From: Balanoglossus misakiensis
Taxonomy: Eukaryota; Animalia; Hemichordata
NCBI GenBank assembly: GCA_040954595.2
Contig: CM082578.2
Coordinates: 10,299,166-10,363,165 of the forward strand
Length of the DNA: 64,000 nucleotides
Reading direction: 5' to 3'
Under the pieces are notes generated by a model. That model did no database searches, had not been told where the DNA came from, and saw nothing but the letters and a program-made list of their open reading frames with translations. The stretch's first letter is position 1. Each line of letters begins with the position of its first letter. Below are positions 49,310 to 60,900 of the stretch, piece by piece. A program made the position numbers and the translations under genes.

Positions 49310-52300
49310 GTCTGGACAGTAACTTCGACCCTTCTTAGTTTTTTATTCTCCCAATTCCCAAAGGTACTTCCGGTTCGCAGTCGATCGCATCTTGTGGATG
49401 ATGCCTTCCACCTCGGCGAAGCCTTACAACTCGAACACGTGGTGGCACTGGAGCTGATCCAGTATTTCACCTTGGAAGACGAGCACATGCCGTGGCAAGC
49501 ATTCGTTTCCGTGCAGTACTACACCAAGTATATGCTCTGGGCAACATCAACTTATGGCTTGTATGAGGTGAGGAGCACGCGCATGGATTTACCAGGATAC
49601 GCCTGTACTGCCATGATCTATGTCTAACTGCAAGTTAGAACTGGTAGGGGGATACTTGTGAATTGGATCCACTGTGAACAAATTCTGGTGATTGCATGGG
49701 TTCATGGTTTACTGTGTCTGTTTTTACTTCAGAGGTATCTACGTCATCTGGTGTCACCAAGTTATTATGCATTGGGATGGCGATTCGACGATAATGAGCT
49801 GGAATAGTAAGTGATCACATCGTGACTAAGTAATTTTTCACTTAAATAATTAAAAAAAATCATAATTCTCGATGAATCCTCCAATATCATGTTTTACTGG
49901 GATAGTTGTAATTTATACGGCCGGAACCGTGAGATGAAGATTTAACTTGTGCAAACGATATGCCTAACGCTTTCATCATTTTATCCGCTCAGCTATAGTC
50001 GTATCAACTCAATAAAGATATCGTGTGACTACAATCTAGATGACTGCGTTGACAACGCGACTGCGCAGTATTCGCAGTGGATGGGAGAACCCACTGTGAA
50101 TCCGTAAGTCACTAGATTCTGATACTTTGCTTGGAAGGGGTCATATGATGTTATGTTCACCGAGCCAATTATTTTTAGTGTTTAACTAACTTTGCACAAG
50201 AGAAGTAATTTCGGGTGTCACGGTCATATATACAGTACTCACAGACGTATTAAAATGAAACTTATTTTATTGCGTTTGTTTGTTTATTGTTATTATTTAT
50301 TTGTTTGTTTGCTTGCTTGCTTTTGTATAGAATTCAGAAAGACACCCGGAGCACGGTTTACTGTACCGCAATTCGTCACGGAAGCGACGCCGAGTGGACT
50401 TTTGCACACGACATGCAGAAGCACGACGAAGGTGAGCGGGATCGTCTGCAATCGGCTATGGCTTGTAGTCGCATTCCTTGGATCCTTCAAGGGTAAATAT
50501 GGAGCGGATACACTCAAAGCTTGATATAAATTATTCAGAAAACCGTAGCCTGACGACGACAGTTCAGAAACATACAGAAATGGGGAATTGATCTCGCAAC
50601 AAGTCTGAGCGCTGTTCTTATCTTTCTAAAGTACTGGCAGTGATTATTCTGTAAAAAAGCATTGAGATAAGGAACCTTAAATCAATTCAAGCATCACATC
50701 TGTAAATTTCGGAGTGTCTTGTTTGTATTTATTTATTTATTTTTTTGTTCAACCAAAGGTACACGGAAGAGTCCCTTCACAGCCCGGATATGGACGCCAG
50801 CACGGTCATAGGTTACGTCCGAGACCAATCGGCGCTTGGGCTGTCGATAGCCTGGGGATTTGCCTTGGTCAGATTCGATGACCTGTACATCACGTGAGTT
50901 TAATCATTGTGACTCTTATCATCTTTCATGTCGATTAGATTTAAGGATTTGAGGATGCCAGATCGATAAGGTTAAACGCAAAGTCATTGCTTTTTCCCTG
51001 TGCTTATTTACTTCATGCTATTTCCCTGTGCTTCCGCCGATTCAAAATGGCGGCGTTTGAGTACTAAACGGCTCTGATGAAGTTCCACGGTATTGTGCCT
51101 CCCAAGCCCAAATGTACGGAACCTAATACGCGTTTGGTGTTTGTTGGTTCATATTATAAACAACACACAAATACTGGGCTATATTTTAGATCGCTTGTAA
51201 CCGATTTCTCAGCGAATGTCGTTTCAGATAAAATGTCGAAGAACCCCGTTCAGTAAACATTGAACTTGTAGCTGCAGTAGTGATGAATATTATGGCGCCC
51301 TCAGCGAAGTACGCCAAAGTTTGTCCCCGCCCCCTCCCCTCGCTTCCTATTGAAATCACTAATTAGGATTATGAGCTGAGACTATTTGATGCATTGCGGG
51401 TTGGGGGAACCTGATTAACTATCAAGTTAGGAACAAATCTTTTTTAAGTGGTATTGCTATATCTAAACTTTAGGGGACACGGAATGCAAATTTAGTAATC
51501 AATTTACATGTTTAGTTTTGGCGACCAGTGTATATCTCAAAAGAATCAACTAAATTGGATGAAACTTCTTAGGTACTTTGATCATTTGAGTGCGTAGTGT
51601 GCAAAATGCTACCTCATTTAAACATTCAGCGACATTTTTTCGCCCTATCTCGGCGGGCTTCTGTAGTGTACATGGATGTTAACTTGGAAAAACTCAGAAA
51701 GGGTACAGACTTTGGATTTGTGGCAACTTTTGACATTGTTGAGCATTTTAGCAAATTTAGAAAACAGGTCAAACTTCCAGAATTTATTTCCATGTTTACA
51801 GATGAGCTCTCGCCTACTTTTGAATTTTCTGAGCGCCAGAAGTTGGCAAAGACCAAGGTCTCAGTTGCTATGGCCAATGGGCCATCAGAGTTTGCTACAA
51901 ATTAACGGACTGGCGTTTGACCTTACCAGTTTCATTTATCTCAACATCACAGAAGTGTTAGGTAATAAAATGATTCAGACACAAGTATTTCATTTTAATC
52001 TAGTTCATCGAAAATTTTAATTTCAAAGTTTTGAAACCATAAACAAAAGAGTACACATAGTCATGTATACAGTATTATCTGTACACTTACAATATGAAAA
52101 AGGAGCAAGTACAATTCTCGTTGCATCTCCATTAATGGATAACAAAGCGCATTGCATTGCATCAGATTAGTAAACATCAATGGTAATACAATTGTCATTA
52201 GATATTAGGTGGTCACTGCAGACTGCAGCTGCATCGCGGAAAATGGACACTTCGTCCTCAGCTTGGTTGCCGGATACCCATCTGGTCTCTGAATCTGCAA

Positions 52301-55300
52301 AACAAGCAATATATGAATGTCTATAAATAATATACATGGACATGAAACAAAGCATGACCACCACTGTAGGCCAATTGTTGTTCATTCGCAGATGGTACAT
52401 CACGCAAATATGTATGGCAGCCTGGAATTTCACTCCTTATTTGGAAACTTGATTAAATTCTACTGCAACAACGATAGAGAACTGCCCATATAAGCTTATA
52501 ATTGTACTAAGTTAAACCGACAGCTCCTGGACATTGTGAACAAACACACCCAACCACACCCCTTACCATGCATTGTCTTCGCCATTGCTTCAGTTGTCAT
52601 TCCCACAATTCTTACCTTCCCACAACCATGCAGTAATCTCTGGACATCAATCGCACAGACTGGCAATCATCTTGGCATCATCTATGGAATCTCTGGAATA
52701 AATGAAAAGTATGTAAAGATGGCTGACATGTTTGTGCCATGACAAAATGGCCACACCTTGCATCTAGCAGTCAGGTCGATTTTAAAACATCCACATATTT
52801 TACCGGATCCATATTGTTACATGCAGGTTTGTGAAAAATCGGTTCGCTCGACTGGGAAACGGCATCAGTCTGAATCGAAAAAAAAATCAAAATGGCCTCC
52901 ATCCATGAAAAGAGGGGCTTTGATGTCTATATCGCTTGTCAAACCTGAAACATCTGGTCTTCGTTCAGCCATTGAAGATACTGCCCTTACCGCATCGTCC
53001 AGCTGTACTGCTGTATGGCGAAAAAACTAGTAGCTTAGGCCCCAGCTTTGTTGATGAATACTATTATGAGTTGATCTCGTCTCTGGATCTGCAAAACAAG
53101 GAAATAAAGTGAATGTATGTAATAATCATGATCGTTCAGTCATGAAACATACCTGCCCTTACCTCACCCAGCTATACCGCGCGCTGCATGGCGAAAAAAA
53201 CTTGGTCTCAGTCTGCATCTGCAAAACAAGCAAATGAAAGTGAATATTCATGAACACGAAATAAACATCTACCGCGATCACTATACCACAAAGACGAATG
53301 CCAGGTTGTACTAGATACTGTGTAAAAATAAACCACTCGGGTTATACTAGTATGTTTCGATAACGTTTTATTGATTGCAGCTGTGGTAAATGTGTAAAGA
53401 TTACAAATCTCAACAATAAAAATGAAAGTAAATAACTTATTTTACCATAAAACAGGCTAACGAAGACATACGTGTACGTTTTTAACATTTTATTGAAAAA
53501 TGACGAAAGATTACAAATCTGACAAAACCTATATTAACTACTACGCACGCTCGAAGATGATCGGTACGGAAATAAACAACTCGGTTTATCAGTACAACGT
53601 GTATGTCTTTTATTTTTTTTATTGAAAAATGACGAAAGATTACAAATCTGACAAAACCTATATTAACTACTAGTAAATACGCACGCTCGAAGATGATCGG
53701 TACGGAAATAAACCACTCAGTTTATCAGTACAACGTGTATGTTTTTAATTTTTTATTGAAAAATGACGAAAGATAACAAACCTGACAAAACCTATATTAA
53801 CTACTACGCACGCTCGAAGATGATCGGTACGGAAATAAACCACTCAGTTTATCAGTACAACGTGTATGTTTTTATTTTTTTTATTGAAAAATGACGAAAG
53901 ATAACAAACCTGACAAAACCTATATTAACTACTACGCACGCTCGAAGATGATCGGTACGGAAATAAACCACTCAGTTTATCAGTACAACGTGTATGTTTT
54001 TATTTTTTTATTGAAAAATGACGAAAGATAACAAACCTGACAAAACCTATATTAACTACTACGCACGCTCGAAGATGATCGGTACGGAAATAAACCACTC
54101 AGTTTATCAGTACAACGTGTATGTTTTTATTTTTTTTATTGAAAAATGACGAAAGATAACAAACCTGACAAAACCTATATTAACTACTACGCACGCTCGA
54201 AGATGATCGGTACGGAAATAAACCACTCAGTTTATCAGTACAACGTGTTTTTTGTGTGTGTTTTTTTATTGAAAAATGACGTAAGATAACAAATCTAAAA
54301 AAAACTAGTATTAATTATATTAAACCGTTGGTCAGAGGGATGGGACCCACCCGCACCGGGGATTTTATTTATGTCTATATAACTTACTTGTTCTGGAACC
54401 TCATATAATCCGCTGGTCTTCATTCAGCCATGGAACATACAAACGCTCACCTCATTGTAGTCTAGATGCATGGCCCAAATATACCGTACAACTTACCGTG
54501 ACACACACGTGCGCACACACACACTCACAACAACGAGCACCTTTCGAAGCATTCAAAGCCGATGAACTTGTTGGTGCCGTAACAAAAATGACCCATGCAC
54601 CGAGCATGTAGTCATGTTGGTTTTAAAACTGTAATGACATCCACATATGGCATCCGTATTGTTGCATTCTTCGGATTTGTGCAAAATCGGTTCGCTGAAC
54701 TGGCTACCGGCACCAGTCAGAATCGTTGAAAGTTCTTAAAAATTGCCAACAAAAATTTGGCTGATACCGCTTACTCTGACATCATGCTTGTAACATCATA
54801 GCATCCACGTTGAACGTACACCATCACCGGGGCCTCCGACCTGCAAAATGAGAAGAAAAACAATGAATGCCTTTCCATGTACACGAAACCAAATATCAAC
54901 CGTGATTACCGTACGCTAAACTGTTGTTCATTCGCATATTGTACATCATACACGACGACAATATGTGTTGTAGGGCTTCGTTGTCAGACAAGTAGTCTAT
55001 AACCCCCGCATGGCACTATGAACATTTACATATTTTCAAGTTTAGGCCTACAGCCAAGCGGAACATTGTAAAATCCGACAAAAATATTTTTGGCAAAGAC
55101 TGCACGGACACACATAAATAACTGTTTCCAATGAAGCGTTTCAAAACCTACTCAGTACTTTTGCCATTGTCTGGTAGTATAATACGAAATTTGCATTCAT
55201 TTACACCCGAAAACACGCTGGCTGCACGTGTACCCGCTGTAGCTGTCAATTCATCGAACCCGCTACCAATTCATCGTAGCCCCCCCCCCCCCCATTCCCG

Positions 55301-57073
55301 AAAAACTACCTTGTTTTTTATGGGAAAAAATGCCGCCCACAAGTAGAGCTATAACACCGACTTGTCTTAATTTGATAAACCGTACATCTCAAGTTGAGTA
55401 ACGCGAAAGGGTGGAATTAGTGAATTAAATCGCAGGGAAGCGTTGACTCGAGCTGTCTGACTGTGACGCATCCAATTTTTCAATTCTGTGGTGTAAACGT
55501 TTGGCTTTTTAGTTGCTCGTAACTCGCCACAAAATAACCCATGTTTCTGGTCAAAAATTGAGTAACTGTGACTAAACTTCTGTTACTTTACTTACCGCTG
55601 TCGTCATGAAAACTATCCAGCGGAGAAACTCTGCTTTGGGGGCAGAGTTTTCCGCATCTTCGCAGGATACGTGGAGCAGCATGGCCGTCTGACTCTCTTA
55701 TGAAAATGCACGGAAGTCTAGACGGAAATTTCCGAGTGGAAGTGGTCCAGGTGGCTCCGACCAATCAGCAGCGAAAAACTTTGCTCTGGCGCGTCTCAAG
55801 TCACGTCACGTGACCCGCATCAATCGATTGAAATTTTTGTAAACGAAAGTGCTAATTTCTTTAGACACTGTGAAATACGCACCATATGACAGATTGACCT
55901 TTCACCCCCACAGGTACGGTGACGCCGCGTATGACATCGTCTGGTCATTTGCTAAGAAATTGAATACCCAAAGACACTTGGAACAGGTACGTTCATTTTA
56001 TTATAAATATTTTTTTTATTCAAGATCAAAAATATCCTTTCAATATAAAATAATTTTTGAAATGTTTTAAACATTCTCCAAGAATCCGATTTTTTAGAAA
56101 GAAACTCGACGTTGAAAGACTATAATTTTAGAAATAATTAAAAAAACAACAACAACGCGCTGCATGTGGTATTCGGTGCAACAATAAAGCACGCCATCAG
56201 GCGGTTCACTACCTGCACGGAAGAGGGTCGTACAGACTAACACATCGTGAGCTCAGTCAGGGGGAAGTAAAAATAAAAAAAATCAATAACACTGACAAAT
56301 TCCATCCAAGTCTCAGTGAGTAACGACATCGTTCTTTCAGCCTCGATACTATACATCTACTGGTATCTCTCTAGATGACGAGGCGATAAATTTTCAAGAC
56401 GTTTGTACGGAATGATAATTACACACCCGGCTGTTATTTTAGCACGGGCAAACCTATGTCTTATTCACTGCAATGATACTGGCACTTAGTGAAAGGTTTA
56501 CTCCTAGTATGTTTTGCCGCGCGCGGGGGTTCTCTAGAATTTATTTGTTGCCGATAGACCGAGCACTGCTGTATTCCAAGGCGAAACGGGGAAAATTTAT
56601 ACCTCAAGTTAAAACGTCGTCGGTCCCTAAACGAAGGATCACAAGCATTTGTTTTTCATTCACGTTTTAAGTGGAGTTGGGCCGATTAATACTGTGCATG
56701 CGCAGTGGGTTTATTTTTGCAGTCACATTTGTGGTTTGTCCCACCTTCAAATATTGTACGACAGTGGATGTTGCTAATTGTTTTTTGCTTGAATGGGAAC
56801 ATTTATAAAAAGGGCTTTGCTAAAATCGGATGTTTTTCTTCTTGACTGCGTTTGATTAATAATTGCACTGACCGACTTCGACGTTATCTCCCTTTTCTCT
56901 CTAATTTACTGGTTGATCCGCAGCTTCAAGACTTTGGATCGCGCTATCACGACATGCCGGTAACTGCAGCAAACAATTACTACAAATCTCTGCGCCGAAT
57001 TCGAACCAACATGGAATGGGTTTCAAGAAATGGAGACGACATCGAGACATTCCTTACAGCGGTCGTCGGATAG
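44173..57073 (+). CDS. ANPEP-like: Aminopeptidase N-like M1 zinc metallopeptidase, paralog D (17 exons, ~955 aa, type II membrane anchor)
   Basis: Exons 44173-44783, 45330-45615, 45851-45971, 46452-46606, 46943-47056, 47824-47961, 48182-48313, 48458-48636, 48883-48971, 49087-49220, 49364-49567, 49733-49806, 49993-50103, 50331-50492, 50759-50893, 55914-55986, 56924-57073; total 2868 nt, in frame. Motifs [44 protein letters not shown]. Confidence 0.93.
47760..47816. repeat. (CT)n tract forming the polypyrimidine tract of intron 5 in gene D
   Basis: ctct run directly before the cag acceptor at 47821-47823. Confidence 0.92.
48690..48840. repeat. Compound tetranucleotide microsatellite (GGTT/GGAT/GATT/GAGT) in intron 8 of gene D
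   Basis: Successive short tetramer runs. Confidence 0.85.
49232..49308. repeat. (ATG)n microsatellite in intron 10 of gene D
   Basis: About 25 atg triplets between the donor at 49221 and the acceptor at 49363. Confidence 0.96.
51043..51055 (+). promoter_or_regulatory. YY1-type motif CAAAATGGCGGC near the left end of the insertion
   Basis: ttcaaaatggcggcg matches the YY1 consensus. Function is not shown. Confidence 0.35.
53470..54320. repeat. ~128-bp minisatellite, about 6.5 copies, inside the intron-15 insertion
   Basis: attgaaaaatgacg recurs at 53492, 53621, 53755, 53883, 54010, 54138 and 54268. Confidence 0.95.
55705..55815 (-). promoter_or_regulatory. Promoter-like motif cluster (ETS-like cggaagt, CCAAT box ccaatcag, CRE/E-box cacgtcacgtgac) at the right end of the insertion
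   Basis: Motifs read directly from sequence; a minus-strand splice donor (acttacc, ~55590) lies just inside. Function is inferred. Confidence 0.3.
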
Positions 57074-57985
57074 CGAGGAATTATCAAGTTACTCTACAGA
57101 ACATTTGATATACGAAACTTGTACTGTAATTCACGTATCGTCTGCATTTTTATGAAAAATATACATTTCACTTTTGTAAGATGAAAAATCGTGTGAAGTG
57201 CTAATATCGTGTTATACCCGTTACCCATAGTACTGGTAAGGCATGGCAGGTCGCAATCAAGTTGATTTGCATAATGGACGAGTAAAATCACGTGTGACAA
57301 AACGTGTAAATATTAACAATCTCCTCTTAAAATCATCTGCATAAAAATTAAAGTGTAGATCCGATTTTCAGCATTCTAGGTCATTTGAAGGTCACTTTGG
57401 TACAATGCACTCGAAAGACAGACTTCTCGCTATACATTAAGGGAAAAAATCAACTGCGTTCAAATATCTCGGCTCGATTGATTTTGTGTTCGTCTGCGTA
57501 TACGCTTGAGTGAAGGTCCTCTTTAACTTGAATATCAAGTCAGTCAGTATTGTCATGATCAATAGCAGAAAAGTCAGTCAAGTATTTCAAAATAACATTT
57601 CATTACTTCACATTTTCCCGCCTGTTGGTTTCGATGAAGCTTTTCAGTTTTTTGATAATATCAAACTTGACGTCTCTGTCCACTTGAATTTACGCAAGGA
57701 ATAAAAATCTTCACACAACTATGTTAAAATGTCAATCAAAAAGTACTGAAAAAGGAATGACTATACTGCCAAGGGTCAGACAACCACCGCTGTATGGCTT
57801 GGGCTATCTGCGGCGCGGAAAATGAAAGCGGGAAAATGTTTGAAGGTTGACGACAACATGGCGGCGTGGAAACGGGTGACGACATATCGGATGTGAAAGC
57901 CATGAGTTGAAAATCATGTGAATGGGTCACGTAGCAGCTGTCAATCGAGCGTTGAAATAAGTTTTAATCAGAGCACTTGAGAGGA

Positions 57986-60900
57986 TTAACCAATTCTGTT
58001 CATGGCGCCTGTGAGGAAGTCTGTGATGGCGCCCAGGTTTCTGTCAACCCAAGCAATGTTGGTCGTCACTTTGTCGACAGCGGCGTAAAACTTGGCGCCC
58101 TCTTCGCTTGGCATGTCGTAGTACTTTTGACCGAATGAATTTAGCTGGAGGGAAGAAAAATAAAGCAGCTGTATTAATCTTAATTTTGGACATTTTCATA
58201 ACGGTTGTATTTCGATCGTCATTCGAGAATTCATGTCGCTCGACCAGTCAATTGTACTTTGGTCGTTTCCTTGCCGTGTCTGTGTGACCTTTTCCCAAGT
58301 TATCGGTGGGTGTTTAATTTGGTGCTGACTGAAACTCGAAAATTGGATCAGCGCATAGCCCACTCAACATTGAGTAGACTATTGTTTGTGGTTGAAGTAG
58401 GAATTACGGGATATAAATATACCTGGGAACAATTTTAAGTAGCCTGTAAAATGTATCCGGGTATTTTTTGTCTTGAACTGCTCGCTCGTATATCTACATC
58501 ACGTGACAGGCATTTCAAGAGTTGATTTAATGTGCGCATGCGGAGAGATTGCAGGGACCCAGTTCCCCTTACCTGATCCAGGTCATGCTGTGTGTTCATC
58601 TTATCGGCAAAGTCCCACACGATATCATAGGCACCGTCACCGTATCTGTTAGAATGGAGAATTGAACAGTTTAAATAAGAGCAGATAAGGGTAGTCTTTG
58701 TTACAGTCGCAACATGGCTAGCGATCGTTTCACACAATAAATTTATGTTGACAAATGTCGAAACATTTTTTTAAATTTTGTGTACAGACTGAATTTGGCA
58801 CCAATCAGTTTCCTTAACCGGTGCCTGATAAGAAACCCAGTGACTTCAGAATGAGGAAATTAAACACCATTTACAAAATGTGTTTGCACTGCACAAAAAA
58901 TTAGACGTAACTTAGTCATTGTTCAGGTTATAGATGGCCACAGTTAACCCTAGACGATTCACCCCTAACCGTCGAAGGAAACTTCAGAATCTGAAAAACC
59001 CACCCTGATGTTTCGTGATGTATTGTCTCATTTGAATGCACAGACACGAGTAGATTAAAACCAATCATCTGCCGATACAGAGTTATTCAATCACAAACTT
59101 ATCCCAGCCACTATCCCTGGCAGAAGTTCAGGCATCCCGGTCGTTAAATTTTCACAGGGGAAAAACTAAAAGTCAATCAAACCACGTCGTTCTAATTCAT
59201 AATATCAACTGGGGACCACAATAAATGCCAGGCAGGCAGGCAGGCAGGCAGGTAGGTATAACCCCTCCCTTCCCCCTTCTCCATCGCCCCCCCCTCTCAC
59301 ATTACTATCTAAGAGAAGATTACCTGTCAAGTAGAGCATCAAACTTATCCATGGTAAACTCCCAGGCCAGCGTAAACCCGAGTCCTGAATTATCTCTAAC
59401 GTAGCCAATGGTGGAACTTGCAGAAAGGCCGACGCTCGTATCCATTGATTGCTCCATGTAGCTAAGCAACAAGAAAGCGATACAGAATTAGTTTTTAAAC
59501 ACCGCTATATGTAGTCACCATGGTTACACCACCGTTATCGTTACATGCACGAAAGACCTCACGCAGCCTCTGAGAAAATCTCACGATTTAAAAATATATC
59601 GTCAATAAAATACAAAGAAGTTGATGCAGTACATACAATACTGCAGAATCACTTCTAGTGGGAAGGTAAAGGTTGTGATTAGCTATTTCATGCACAGTGT
59701 GTGTACGCCGGATTGCTCTTAGATTTCAAGTGCCGTGATTGTCATCTGACGTCACTTTTGTACAAAACTTTACTATTAGAGAATTTAAGTGAGTGGCCCA
59801 TCTGGTTGACCTTACATGTTTGACTGGCGCTAAATGCCCAATAAATTGCGCATTTGATGGGGAAATCTTGTGCATGGATATCGAGATTTCCAAAGGGACT
59901 AATTCCGTGAATTACAACGGAGTGAAATGCCTATTGTCGGGTGATTATATGTTATGGATGTTAAACGGATCTTCGATTACTGCTTTTAGAGACAGCATGC
60001 AAATCTAGTAGCAACACTACGTGATGCCTAGCATTTCCTTGTGAGATTGCTGCCGCGATCTCGCTATACCCGAGAGCCTGTCCTTGTTCACCGGCTCCGA
60101 CATAAAATCAAACAAAGCTGGCACAATCGTGACATATTAATAAACGCTGTAAAATTTATCACTAAGAACGCATTACCCAATGAGAGTGTACGGCTCCCGG
60201 CTGCATCCAAGTGCCGATCGCAGATCACTCCCTTCGAAAGGGTCATTGAACTGTCTGGTGTACGCGAACTCCCATTCGACGTAGCTGCCGTGTCTTATGG
60301 CGTAGCAGTAGGTGTATCGTCTCATATTTGGGTCGATACTGCGGAGAAAAACATAGCAAACCCGATAAAACAAACTTTAAATTTCACTTGGTTGTATGTA
60401 TACTAGGCATCTGCGCCAAAAAGGGGCTACACGTGCAGCAAAAATCTCCTTGCACAGTCACGATGTTTCTCTCTCTCGTCAGAAACAATCGTAATGACAC
60501 TGTTTAGGCCTACTGGCAATGTCACCGCGAGTCATGACGGAAAAACTAGTCTAGCGTCTCGCGTCTTAACGTGTAACTCAGCATCGGTCCTCTTTGTCGA
60601 AAACTTACGGGTTGTCACGGGTCGGGTCGGCCATCCATTCGTGATATAACGCCGTGGCGTTACTCACACATTCGGCGTGGTTGTACCCACACGCAGCCCT
60701 GAGTGTAGTCAGTTGTCTGTAACTTGAAAAGAAATGTGATTTTGTTACTATATATAGAAATATAGAAATTAATAGGCAATGTACGGTAGACCTACTCAGT
60801 CAAAACAAACGTAGCGTTAAATATATAAGATACATCACTCACTATTCAATTTCGTTGCCTTCTTGATAGGTGAAGTCGAAATCCCAACCGAGAGCGTCGT

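Larger units (their letters stand above)
50950..55860. mobile_element. ~5-kb insertion of probable transposon origin in intron 15 of gene D (boundaries approximate)
   Basis: This intron is 5020 bp, versus 234, 150, 165 and 678 bp in A, B, C and E. It contains an internal minisatellite, dispersed diverged duplications and promoter-like ends. No clean TIR, TSD or transposase was recognised. Confidence 0.55.

Noticed and set aside
49181-49627. Poly-Met ORF
   Set aside because: Intronic (ATG)n read through into exon 11 of gene D.
50925-51000. Patchy inverted similarity to 55770-55835 as possible TIRs
   Set aside because: Alignment needs several large gaps and could be chance.
55832-55872. RSS-like motif on the minus strand (CACAGTG, 25-bp spacer, ACAAAAATT) at the right edge of the intron-15 insertion, hinting at a Transib/RAG-type terminus
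   Set aside because: The spacer is not 12 or 23 bp, and I found no matching left CAC terminus, 5-bp TSD or RAG1-like coding sequence. Worth revisiting only if other genomic copies end exactly here.
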